The translations under genes and the position numbers were made by a program. The notes beneath the pieces were generated by a model. That model made no database searches and was not told the DNA's origin. It saw only the letters and a program-made list of their open reading frames with translations. 54,567 nucleotides of DNA from NCBI GenBank assembly GCA_031380765.1, contig JANMXB010000042.1:1-54567 (forward strand). Reading direction: 5' to 3'. This stretch comes from Pseudomonadota bacterium (GTDB lineage: Bacteria; Pseudomonadota; Gammaproteobacteria; Burkholderiales; SG8-39). The first letter of the stretch is position 1. Every line of letters starts with the position of its first letter. Below, piece by piece: positions 1 to 8,323 of this stretch.

Positions 1-745
1 AGTTGAGACCCACCGAAACGGGCTGCGCGTGCCGTACCGAGTTGTAGAACGCTTCCGTCGTCTGGCCGGACAGGGTGCGGCCGGACGCGTCCGTGATCGT
101 CCCCGAGATCATCACCGGAAGGCGCAGCCCCCTGGCCTCGAAGAAGGCTTCGATTGCAAACAGTGCCGCCTTGCAGTTGAGAGTATCGAATACGGTTTCC
201 ACGAGGATCAAATCGGCTTCACCATCGACAAGGCCGCGCAGGGCCTCGGTATAGGCAGTCACCAATTGGTCAAAGAACACGCCGCGGTATCCGGGGTCGT
301 TGACATCCGGCGAAATAGAGGCGGTCTTCGTGGTCGGTCCGAGCACGCCGGCTACTAAGCGCGGCCGGCCGGGCTTCTTCGCTTCCAATTCCGCAGCCGA
401 ACTTCTTGCCAGTTTTGCAGCGTCGAGGTTCATTTCGTAAACGAGCGACTCCATTCCATAGTCGGCCATGGAGATGGAGGTCGAGTTGAAAGTGTTCGTC
501 TCGATGATGTCCGCGCCGGCTTCGAGGTATTCGCAGTGAATCCTGCGAATCAGCGCGGGCTGCGAAAGCGTAAGCAGGTCGTTGTTGCCGCGCAGTTCGC
601 CCGGAAAATCCTTGAAGCGCTCGCCGCGATAGTCCGCCTCGGCCAGCTTCTCGCGCTGGATCATCGTCCCCATGGCACCGTCGAGCACGAGGATGCGCTC
701 TTCGAGCAGGCGTTCGATGAGGGCGGGATGCGGGGGAACGTGCAA
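1..745 (-). CDS. metH: Cobalamin-dependent methionine synthase, N-terminal homocysteine-binding region (partial; 3' end outside window)
   Basis: My translation of the minus strand gives (TTG)[87 protein letters not shown]...[16 protein letters not shown], colinear with the E. coli MetH N-terminus. It is absent from the ORF track because it starts at TTG 743-745 (GGAG 8 nt upstream) and runs off the window edge. Confidence 0.9.
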   Translation of the reverse strand, partial: MHVPPHPALIERLLEERILVLDGAMGTMIQREKLAEADYRGERFKDFPGELRGNNDLLTLSQPALIRRIHCEYLEAGADIIETNTFNSTSISMADYGMESLVYEMNLDAAKLARSSAAELEAKKPGRPRLVAGVLGPTTKTASISPDVNDPGYRGVFFDQLVTAYTEALRGLVDGEADLILVETVFDTLNCKAALFAIEAFFEARGLRLPVMISGTITDASGRTLSGQTTEAFYNSVRHAQPVSVGLN

Positions 746-900
746 GGTCGAGACTCCATAAAGCAAAAAACCCGTTCAGCTTGCGCCAGAAACGGGTTGT
801 TGCCCTCGTCTCTTTAGCTGAATTTGTTTGTCCGGTGCAAACGTTCACCGGGCGCCCGCAAGCTGAACCTCAAATCGGCGCTGGCACTTTACGTGCTCCT
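746..900 (-). promoter_or_regulatory. metH 5' leader with alternative terminator / anti-terminator helices (candidate attenuator or riboswitch, effector unknown)
   Basis: A perfect 12-nt inverted repeat (774-785 gttcagcttgcg and 857-868 cgcaagctgaac) competes with the terminator hairpin at 763-798. An extra hairpin CCGGUG-N7-CACCGG lies at 832-851. Confidence 0.45.
763..798 (-). terminator. Intrinsic-terminator-like hairpin inside the metH leader
   Basis: The minus strand reads AACCCGUU-UCUGGCGCAAGCUG-AACGGGUU followed by UUUUGC, ending about 18 nt before the metH start codon. No upstream minus-strand gene exists that it could terminate. Confidence 0.5.
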
Positions 901-908
901 GCAGGCGC

Positions 909-938
909 ATTGTCCCTGTCCGCACCGGAACGTGTCAA
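909..938 (-). promoter_or_regulatory. Putative sigma-70 promoter for metH (TTGACA-N18-GACAAT)
   Basis: On the minus strand, TTGACA lies at 933-938 and GACAAT at 909-914. This is a sequence match only. Confidence 0.3.
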
Positions 939-947
939 CCGCGCACG

Positions 948-953
948 TATAAT
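948..953 (+). promoter_or_regulatory. Putative -10 box (TATAAT) for the MFS transporter gene
   Basis: A perfect TATAAT lies 37 nt upstream of the ATG at 990. There is no good -35 element. Confidence 0.3.
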
Positions 954-989
954 CCACGTTCCCCGCTGTGCACCCCGCCAGTCACGCAG

Positions 990-2276
990 ATGGAAAAATC
1001 CCCAGCGTATCCGCCGATCACACTAGCGCTGACCGTCTGGGGGGTTGGTGCCGGGCTTTACCTGATCGGGTTCTTTCAGCGCGTCGCGCCTGCCGTCATT
1101 ACGCAGGAGTTGATGGCCGAGTTTGCCCTCACTGCGGTAGCGCTGGGTAATCTGTCCGCGCTGTATTTCTATGCCTACGTGGCAATCCAGATTCCGACCG
1201 GCGTGCTGGTCGATCACTGGGGACCGCGCCGGGTATTGACGACAGGCGGATTGATCGCTGCCGCAGGGACGCTGCTGTTTGCGCTCGCACCCGGCTATAC
1301 GCCTGCCGGACTCGGTCGGCTGCTGGTGGGCGCAGGCGTTGGCGTGGCGTTCGTGTCGATGCTGAAGATCGCGACTCACTGGGTACAGCCTTCCCGCTTC
1401 GCGTTGATCTCTGGCCTGGCCCTCGCGTGCGGAGCCCTCGGCGGGATTTCGGCCGGGGTACCGCTGCGCATGGCAGTGGACGCGTTCGGCTGGCGATGGG
1501 TCATGCTGGCGGCGGCCGTTCTGACCGCGGTTCTCGCGCTTGCGACCTGGATAGTGGTTCGAGACGATCCCTTCGACCGGGGCTATCGCAGTTTTTCAAC
1601 CGGCGCTGGCGGACCGCATCCGCGGCGCTCCATGCTGGGTGGGATCAGGGAGGTGTTCCGCTATCGCAACGTCTGGCTGAATTTCATCGGTTGCGGGGCG
1701 ATAACCGGTCCCATGCTCGCATTCGGAGGCCTTTGGGGGGTGCCGTTTCTTGTGTCCCAGTATGGGTTTTCGACGGCGCAGGCGGCGTTCGCCACTTCAG
1801 TCATGCTTGTGGCCTGGGCAGTCGGCAGCCCGCTGGCCGGCGCCCTCTCCGACAGGCTTCATCGCAGGAAGCTGCCGATCCTTGTGGGCGGTTCGATCGC
1901 CGCCGTGCTCTGGGCCGTGCTCATCTACGTGCCCGGGCTGCCGAAGTCCGTGCTCGTTGCAATAATGGCCGGAGTCGGCTTGGCTTCCGGCGTGGTGGTG
2001 ATTGGATTTGCGTTTTGCAAGGAATCGACTCCGTCAACGCTCGCGGGCACTGCCTCGGGTGTTGCCAACATGGGCAACATGCTGGGGGGTATGGTGATGC
2101 AACCCCTGATCGGCTGGCTGCTGGATCTGGGCTGGGAAGGAACGATGGCCGGCCCGGTGCGGACTTACGGGTTTTCCACATACGCCGGTGCCTTCACGAT
2201 GATGCCGGTGTGGCTTGTCGCCGGTCTCGCCGCAATCGCCTGCGCGCGCGAAACGCATGCGAAACAGGCTGCTTGA
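990..2276 (+). CDS. MFS transporter
   Basis: The 428-aa ORF has multiple hydrophobic spans throughout. It has an MFS-type loop GVLVDHWGPRRVL after TM2. Confidence 0.85.
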   Translation: MEKSPAYPPITLALTVWGVGAGLYLIGFFQRVAPAVITQELMAEFALTAVALGNLSALYFYAYVAIQIPTGVLVDHWGPRRVLTTGGLIAAAGTLLFALAPGYTPAGLGRLLVGAGVGVAFVSMLKIATHWVQPSRFALISGLALACGALGGISAGVPLRMAVDAFGWRWVMLAAAVLTAVLALATWIVVRDDPFDRGYRSFSTGAGGPHPRRSMLGGIREVFRYRNVWLNFIGCGAITGPMLAFGGLWGVPFLVSQYGFSTAQAAFATSVMLVAWAVGSPLAGALSDRLHRRKLPILVGGSIAAVLWAVLIYVPGLPKSVLVAIMAGVGLASGVVVIGFAFCKESTPSTLAGTASGVANMGNMLGGMVMQPLIGWLLDLGWEGTMAGPVRTYGFSTYAGAFTMMPVWLVAGLAAIACARETHAKQAA

Positions 2277-2308
2277 CTCGCGTCGAACCGGCGCATCATC
2301 ATTGCCCT

Positions 2309-2752
2309 ATGCCATCCGAACAGGCAGCGTTTCCTTCGATCAGCGGTCGCTTTGCCTGCGAAGTCTATTGGGGCGATTGCGATCCGGCAGGGATCATTTT
2401 CTACCCGACCTATTTCCGCTGGTTCGACGCGGCAACCTGGGCCTTCTTCGCTTCCGTGGGCTACACGGCCGCGCGCATGCGCGCTGAAGAGCGCTCCATG
2501 CCCCTTGTTGCCGCTGCGTGCGAGTTCATGCACCCCGCGCAGCAAGCCGATCGCTGCGAGCTACGCTCTCGAATAGAGCGCTTCGGCGGAAAGTCGTTTG
2601 TAGTGGCTCACGAGGCTGCGCGCGTCGACGGAACCGTTCTCGCGCGCGGGTCGGAAACGCGTGTCTGGGGCCGTCATGTGGAAGGCCTGGGTTCGCCCAT
2701 GAAAGGCGAGACGATAGGCGACGAGCTCAAGGCGCTGTTCAGGGCCAACTGA
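2309..2752 (+). CDS. 4-hydroxybenzoyl-CoA thioesterase family protein (hotdog fold)
   Basis: YWGDCDPAGIIFYPTYFRWFDAA matches the FGDCDPAGIVWFQNYHRWLDAA motif, including the catalytic Asp, of the Pseudomonas 4HBT family. I chose the ATG at 2309 because the upstream part of ORF 1427..2752 is a shadow frame of the MFS gene. Confidence 0.8.
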   Translation: MPSEQAAFPSISGRFACEVYWGDCDPAGIIFYPTYFRWFDAATWAFFASVGYTAARMRAEERSMPLVAAACEFMHPAQQADRCELRSRIERFGGKSFVVAHEAARVDGTVLARGSETRVWGRHVEGLGSPMKGETIGDELKALFRAN

Positions 2753-2781
2753 TTCTGGTTAAACTTGGAAGGAGCCGCACC

Positions 2782-3471
2782 ATGTCCGCAAGGGACCGCA
2801 TCGACATAGATCCGCCGTACGACTACCCACTTTACAAGAGCACCGTGCTGCGTGCGCCCAAGCAGGGCCTGGTCCGCGTCGCGCTTCATCCCCTCGAAAA
2901 AGCCGGACCGGTTTTTCCAAAGGCCTTCGTGAAAGACGCCGAAGCCGATCTCACCGCCTGGGGCAAAAGCGCGCCGCTCGGGGAAAAGATGGTCCTTGTG
3001 GGCCGGGTGACCGATGAGGACGGAAGTCCTGTCAGGAATTCCCTGCTCGAACTCTGGCAGTGCAACGCCTCGGGCCGGTACGCCCATCCGGTAGACCAGC
3101 ACGACGCGCCGCTGGATCCAAACTTTCTCGGCCATGGCAAAGTCCTGACCGGGGAAAACGGAGAATACCGCTTCGTAACCATCAAGCCCGGCGCCTACCC
3201 GTGGCGGAACCACCCCTGGGCCTGGCGGCCGGCCCATATCCACCTGTCCTTGTTCGGCAACGCCTACTCGCAGCGGCTGATCACACAGATGTTCTTTCCC
3301 GGCGATCCCCTTCTGCCGATCGATCCGGTATTCCAAAGCGTTTCGGACGATGCGGCGCGGCAGCGCATGGTTTCAACGCTCGACCTGCAGCATGGTATCG
3401 AGGAAGTGGCGCTCGGCTATCGTTTCGACATCGTGCTGCGCGGTCCGCAATCGACCCCGGCTGGAGTCTGA
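2782..3471 (+). CDS. pcaH: Protocatechuate 3,4-dioxygenase beta subunit
   Basis: Intradiol dioxygenase motifs are present (LWQCNASGRYAHP, YPWRNHPWAWRPAHIHLSLFG). GGAAGGAG lies upstream of the ATG at 2782. Confidence 0.9.
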   Translation: MSARDRIDIDPPYDYPLYKSTVLRAPKQGLVRVALHPLEKAGPVFPKAFVKDAEADLTAWGKSAPLGEKMVLVGRVTDEDGSPVRNSLLELWQCNASGRYAHPVDQHDAPLDPNFLGHGKVLTGENGEYRFVTIKPGAYPWRNHPWAWRPAHIHLSLFGNAYSQRLITQMFFPGDPLLPIDPVFQSVSDDAARQRMVSTLDLQHGIEEVALGYRFDIVLRGPQSTPAGV

Positions 3472-3473
3472 TC

Positions 3474-4016
3474 ATGATCGTGAGAACACCTTCCCAGACA
3501 ATCGGCCCGTTCTTTCATGTCGGCCTCAAATGGGACGACGGTAATCGCATCGCATTCGGCACAGAGGGCGAAAAGGTAGTCCTGACCGGCATTGTCTACG
3601 ATGGTTCCGGCACCCCGGTCGCCGATGCCCTGGTCGAAACCTGGCAGGCCGATCCGCGCGGCAACGCGCCCAGCGCTGGTACCGCCGCGAAGCCTTTTGG
3701 CAATGGCAGGGTCGCTACCGACAGCGAGGGACGCTACACGTTCGAGACGCTGATGCCCGGAGCCTGCCCCGGCGCCGCGGGCGAAAAATATGCACCGCAA
3801 ATCCACGTTACGATTTTCGCGCGCGGATTGCTGAAAGCAGTACGGACCCGGGTTTTTCTCGCCCCGCCGGAGGCGATCAAGGAAGATCCGCTTGGGCGCG
3901 CCGCCGGCGCGCGGGCGACCACGCTGGTTGCTGTCCGGGACGCCGGAGACCCGGGCATCTGGCGCTGGGACGTGCGCTTGCAAGGCAATGACGAGACTGC
4001 ATTCATCGAGACCTGA
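3474..4016 (+). CDS. pcaG: Protocatechuate 3,4-dioxygenase alpha subunit
   Basis: TPSQTIGPFFHVGL, ETWQADPRGN, APQIHVTIFARGL and WRWDVRLQGNDETAFIE are colinear with P. putida PcaG. It starts 3 nt after the pcaH stop. Confidence 0.9.
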   Translation: MIVRTPSQTIGPFFHVGLKWDDGNRIAFGTEGEKVVLTGIVYDGSGTPVADALVETWQADPRGNAPSAGTAAKPFGNGRVATDSEGRYTFETLMPGACPGAAGEKYAPQIHVTIFARGLLKAVRTRVFLAPPEAIKEDPLGRAAGARATTLVAVRDAGDPGIWRWDVRLQGNDETAFIET

Positions 4017-4024
4017 ACGAACGC

Positions 4025-5341
4025 ATGGCCGGCAATCTGCTCGCCCGCACGCTGTCGCGGACATCTTTTGCCGACGCGCTTGGCGAGGACGCCCTCGTGC
4101 GGGCGATGCTGGCATTCGAAAGTGCTCTTGCGCGAAGCGAAGCCGAGGCGGGAATCATACCGATTGAGGCGGCAGATGCGATCGAGGCGGTGTGCAGTAG
4201 CGCGAACCTGTCTGTACGGCACCTTGCGGAAGATGGCAGGCTGGCCGGGTCCCTCGCCATTCCATTCGTAAAAGTATTGACCGAACTGGTCCGTGCGGCG
4301 AATCCAAAAGCGGCCTCTTTCGTCCACTACGGCTCTACCAGCCAGGACGTTCTGGACACGGCGAGCGTGCTCTGCTTTCTGCCTTGCGTTCAGGAAGCTG
4401 ACGGTGTGCTGGCCAGCTCCATCACATTACTGGCCGAACATGCGCGTAAAAATGCAACCGTGATGATGCTAGGCAGGACCATGATGCAGCCGGCGATTCC
4501 GATTACGGCCGGTCTCAAAATCGCGCGCTGGGCAACGGCTTTGAGTCGCTGCCGGGCAAGGCTGGCGGAAACCGCCGCGCGAGCTCTATGCGTTCAGCTC
4601 GGCGGCCCTGTCGGAACGCTGGATGCGCTTGGACCCAAACGCGTGCAGGTACGGCGCGCGGTGGCGGATCGACTGGGTATAGCGGACGCGCGGTCATGGC
4701 ACATCCATCGCGACGAGCTTCTTGCGTTTGCGTCGGCGCTCGCGATCCTTGTAGCGGCGGTAGGGAAAATCGCGGGCGATATCGCGATGCTATCGCAGGC
4801 AGAGGTTGGCGAAATGTTCGAAGCCGCGCCTAAAAAAGGCGTAGGTACGTCAAGCGCGATGCCCCACAAGCGTAACCCGGTGGCCTGCCTGCAGGCTCTT
4901 GCAGCGGCTGCGCGGGCGCCGGGGTTGATGGCCACGCTGTTACACGCCGGCCACGAACACGAGCGTGCTATCGGAGGCTGGCAAGCCGAACTCGCCACCC
5001 TTCCCGAACTGCTGGAAACCGCGGGCGGTGCTATCGATGCGCTCGAGCGAATTTCCGCCGGGTTGGTGGTGAACCCCGCAAGGATGCGGCGGAACCTCGA
5101 GGCGCTTCAGGGCCTGGTGTTTTCCGAGCGCCTGTCGCGCCTGTTGATGCAGTCGATGGATCGTGCCAGCGCCCAGTCGCAGGTCGATGACTGGTGCGCG
5201 GCCGCAGTCGACCAAGGGCGTCATCTCAGGGACATCGTTGCCGAAGCGCGGGCCGATCTCGACCTCGGCACGGCGTTCTCGCTCGAGGCCATCGTGCGTG
5301 AGTTGGCGCCGGTCCTCGAAGAAGAGCTCGCCGCCCTCTAA
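4025..5341 (+). CDS. pcaB: 3-carboxy-cis,cis-muconate cycloisomerase
   Basis: It carries the fumarate-lyase superfamily signature GTSSAMPHKRNP. It shows full-length colinearity with P. putida PcaB (VHYGSTSQDVLDTA, HEHERAIGGWQAE). Confidence 0.9.
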   Translation: MAGNLLARTLSRTSFADALGEDALVRAMLAFESALARSEAEAGIIPIEAADAIEAVCSSANLSVRHLAEDGRLAGSLAIPFVKVLTELVRAANPKAASFVHYGSTSQDVLDTASVLCFLPCVQEADGVLASSITLLAEHARKNATVMMLGRTMMQPAIPITAGLKIARWATALSRCRARLAETAARALCVQLGGPVGTLDALGPKRVQVRRAVADRLGIADARSWHIHRDELLAFASALAILVAAVGKIAGDIAMLSQAEVGEMFEAAPKKGVGTSSAMPHKRNPVACLQALAAAARAPGLMATLLHAGHEHERAIGGWQAELATLPELLETAGGAIDALERISAGLVVNPARMRRNLEALQGLVFSERLSRLLMQSMDRASAQSQVDDWCAAAVDQGRHLRDIVAEARADLDLGTAFSLEAIVRELAPVLEEELAAL

Positions 5342-5347
5342 CCGGCG

Positions 5348-5986
5348 CTACTCCGCGTCCGGCTGCTTCGTCGGCTGGGCCTCGTCGAACGCTTCGAGCT
5401 GCATGCATGCGTCGAATACACGCATCGCGACCGGGTACGGCGCCAGGTCGCATTCATAGCGCTTTGCATTGAAGATCTGCGGCACCAGGCAGCAGTCGGC
5501 CAGGGTCGGAGATTCGCCATGGCAGAATTTTCCGGTACCCACGGTATTCGCAAGACTTGCCTCGAACTTTGCCAGGCCTTCGGCCACCCAGTGGCGGTAC
5601 CAGGTGTTGATGCCCTCCTCGGTGTGGCCCAGCGCGCGCTTCAAGTGTTGCAGCACGCGCAGATTGTTCAACGGATGGATCTCGCAGGCCACCAGCATCG
5701 CAAGCGAGCGCACTCGCGCGCGCTCGAGAAGATCGCGCGGCAGCAGCCGGGGATCCGGATGCTTTTCTTCCAGGTACTCAATGATCGCAAGCGACTGCGT
5801 CAGGAGGTTGCCTTCGTCGACGAGCGCGGGAATCAGTTTTTGCGGATTGATCGCCCCGTAACTTTGCTGGCGGTGCACCCCTTGCGGAAGCGAGATCGCG
5901 ATTGGTTCATACGCAAGCCGCTTGAGATTGAGGGCAATACGCACTCTGAAGGCGGCCGAGCTGCGAAAGTAGGTATAAAGAAGCAT
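5348..5986 (-). CDS. maiA: Glutathione S-transferase zeta class: maleylacetoacetate / maleylpyruvate isomerase
   Basis: The 212-aa ORF has MLLYTYFRSSAAFRVRIALNLK...INPQKLIPALVDEG..LTQSLAIIEYLEE, typical of GST-zeta isomerases. Confidence 0.85.
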   Translation of the reverse strand: MLLYTYFRSSAAFRVRIALNLKRLAYEPIAISLPQGVHRQQSYGAINPQKLIPALVDEGNLLTQSLAIIEYLEEKHPDPRLLPRDLLERARVRSLAMLVACEIHPLNNLRVLQHLKRALGHTEEGINTWYRHWVAEGLAKFEASLANTVGTGKFCHGESPTLADCCLVPQIFNAKRYECDLAPYPVAMRVFDACMQLEAFDEAQPTKQPDAE

Positions 5987-6004
5987 GAGACCCTCGCGGA
6001 AACG

Positions 6005-6697
6005 TCAGAGCGCGGGAACGATTTTTACGCGAAGGTCCGTAAGGCCGTCGATACGCGCGAGCAACTCGTCGCCCGGCTGGACCGGACCGACTCCGGCCGG
6101 CGTGCCCGACATGATGATGTCGCCCGGTTCCAGAGTGTAGTACTGCGACAGGTACTCGATCTGTTCTGGAACGGACCAGATCATGTCGGCGAGATCCGCC
6201 TTCTGCCGCTCTTTGCCATTCACCGTCAGCGAGAGCGTGCCTTTCGAAGGATGACCGATCGTGGCGGCCGGCGAAAGGGCCGCGCAGGGCGCGCCTTCGT
6301 CGAAATTCTTGCCGAAATCCCACGGCCGGCCTTTGTCCTTGCCCAGCTGCTGGAGGTCGCGTCGGGTCATGTCCAGGCCCACGGCATAGCCAAAAATGTG
6401 GCTGGTCGCGTCTTTTGCGGGAATACGCCGTCCGCCCTTTCCGATCGCCACGACCATTTCGGTTTCGTAATGGTAATTGGTGGTTTTCGCAGGGTAGTGG
6501 ACCTCACCGCCGCCAGGAACCAGGGCGAATTCCGATTTGATGAAGAAAAAGGGTTGTTCACGGCCGTCGCCTCCCATCTCCTTCTGGTGCTCGACGTAGT
6601 TGCGGCCGACACAAAAGATGCGCCGCACCGGGAAAGTGTCTCCCGAGCCGGCGACAGCAAGCGTGGGCGGGGTCCAAAGGGGAATTACGTGCGCCAT
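6005..6697 (-). CDS. Fumarylacetoacetate hydrolase (FAH) family protein, short fumarylpyruvate-hydrolase-like type
   Basis: MAHVIPLW...FCVGRNYVEHQKEMG...YETEMVVAIGKGG...GDIIMSGTPAGVG matches the FAH family. I chose the ATG at 6697 (230 aa) rather than the longer 6838 start. Confidence 0.8.
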   Translation of the reverse strand: MAHVIPLWTPPTLAVAGSGDTFPVRRIFCVGRNYVEHQKEMGGDGREQPFFFIKSEFALVPGGGEVHYPAKTTNYHYETEMVVAIGKGGRRIPAKDATSHIFGYAVGLDMTRRDLQQLGKDKGRPWDFGKNFDEGAPCAALSPAATIGHPSKGTLSLTVNGKERQKADLADMIWSVPEQIEYLSQYYTLEPGDIIMSGTPAGVGPVQPGDELLARIDGLTDLRVKIVPAL

Positions 6698-6741
6698 GAT
6701 TGCCTCGCAGGGATAAAAATCGAAAAAGGGGGATTCTAGTC

Positions 6742-8241
6742 TTATCCGGCGAGCTCGCGCTCGATCAGCTCGCGCAGCTTGAAACGCTGGATTTTGCCGG
6801 TGTCGGTGCGCGGCAACTCGGGGACGGCGCGGATCCACCTGGGTCGCTTGTGGCGCGGAAGGTTCTGCTCGCAGGCACGCGCAGCAGCGCGAATCGCTGC
6901 GTCGGGATCAGAGCCGGAGGTCACGAACAGAGCGAACCGCTCGAACCCGTCGGCATCGTTTACTCCGACACAGGCCGCCTCGGCGATCGAGCTGTCCGAC
7001 GCTGCCGCTTCTTCGAGCTCGCTGGGCTGCACCCATTGTCCGGCGACCTTGATGAACTCGTCCGCGCGACCCTGATGGGAAAAAAATCCATCGGCATCGC
7101 GCACAAAAACATCTTTGGTGCAAAACCAGCCGTCGCGGAATTGCTCGCGAGTAGCTTCGGGTCGATTGGCGTAGCCGACCGAAAGCGAAGGATGGCGAAG
7201 CCACAATACGCCCGGCTTTCCCGGTGCAGCCTCGGCGCCGCCGTCGTCGAGCAGCCTGGTCTTTACCCCAGCGAGAGGTCGGCCGGTGCGGCCGGCCGAC
7301 GAGGTGCCGGGAGGCGTCATCATTGCCACGCAAAACGTTTCCGACATTCCGTACAGGGAAAGGATCTCGTGCCCGGTTGCGGCGTGCCAGCGCTCGAGCA
7401 CCGCGCCGGGAAGGCGTTCGCCGGCCGCCACGAAATGACGCACCGCCTTGAATGGCGCCAGCGCCTCCGGTTCCAATTCCAGAAGCCTGCGATAGAAGGA
7501 GGGCACCGAGAAAAATGTGGAGGGCCTGTGGCGGGCGACTATTTCGCCCGCCCGGGACGCATCGACCGGCTCCGGGTGAAGGACTGACGCCGCACCGATC
7601 GACAGCGGACCAAGCAGGGCGTGTTCGAGCCCATAGGCGAAGAAAAGCTTGGAAGTGCTGAAAACCGTGGCGCCTGCTCCTATCCCCAGCACTTCGCGCA
7701 TGCCGTTGCCGGCCGACAGCACATCGCGGTGGGTGTGCGCGATGCCCTTGGGGCGGCCGGTAGTGCCGGAAGAATAGAGCCAGAACGCAGGGTCGTTCGG
7801 CCGTACTGCCGTGCTTTCGGATAATGGTGGCCCAGCGCCGAGCGCCTGTCTCCAGGTGGAAAGGTCGATGCAGCGTTCGCCCGCAAAGTCGGCAATGCGT
7901 GGAGCGAATCTCACCTCCGCAAGGAACAGGCGCGCGGCGCTGTCCTCGAACATGTAACGCTGATCCTCTGCGGGCAGCCTGCCATTGACCGCTATTGCAA
8001 CCGCTCCGGCATAAAGGGCGCCCAGCCAGGCAGCCGCAAATTCAGGCGAATCCGGAAGAAGGATCAGCACGCGGTCGCCGCGCTTTGCTCCGAGTGAAAC
8101 CCAAGCTGCCGCGGCGCGCCGCACCATTGTTCCGAGTTCGGCATAGCCGACCGCCTCGTCCGGGCACAACAGTGCCGTTCGGCTGCCATGCCGGGCGAGA
8201 GCAGCCGTACCCAGCAGGTGTTCGGCGGCATTCATAGTCAT
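6742..8241 (-). CDS. Aryl-CoA ligase (benzoate / hydroxybenzoate-CoA ligase family, AMP-forming)
   Basis: The 499-aa ORF has the AMP-binding motif YSSGTTGRPKG and the C-terminal TDTGKIQRFKLRE. Confidence 0.85.
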   Translation of the reverse strand: MTMNAAEHLLGTAALARHGSRTALLCPDEAVGYAELGTMVRRAAAAWVSLGAKRGDRVLILLPDSPEFAAAWLGALYAGAVAIAVNGRLPAEDQRYMFEDSAARLFLAEVRFAPRIADFAGERCIDLSTWRQALGAGPPLSESTAVRPNDPAFWLYSSGTTGRPKGIAHTHRDVLSAGNGMREVLGIGAGATVFSTSKLFFAYGLEHALLGPLSIGAASVLHPEPVDASRAGEIVARHRPSTFFSVPSFYRRLLELEPEALAPFKAVRHFVAAGERLPGAVLERWHAATGHEILSLYGMSETFCVAMMTPPGTSSAGRTGRPLAGVKTRLLDDGGAEAAPGKPGVLWLRHPSLSVGYANRPEATREQFRDGWFCTKDVFVRDADGFFSHQGRADEFIKVAGQWVQPSELEEAAASDSSIAEAACVGVNDADGFERFALFVTSGSDPDAAIRAAARACEQNLPRHKRPRWIRAVPELPRTDTGKIQRFKLRELIERELAG

Positions 8242-8323
8242 GTATCCTAATCCATCCTTGATAGACTAAAGAGAAACACCCGCCGCCAGACAGGCGGCCG
8301 ATTTTCCATCGGAGGAGAACCCA

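Noticed and set aside
746-900. Assignment of the metH leader to the SAH or cobalamin riboswitch classes
   Set aside because: From memory of the consensus sequences, I could not find the SAH motif (GAGGAGCGCUGC ... AGGCUCGG ... GCC(A)C) or a B12 box. The leader is also too short for a cobalamin aptamer. I kept it only as an unclassified attenuator candidate, and a covariance-model scan is needed.
1427-2752. 441-aa plus-strand ORF
   Set aside because: Only the final 147 codons (the thioesterase) are real. The upstream portion is an off-frame read through the MFS transporter gene.
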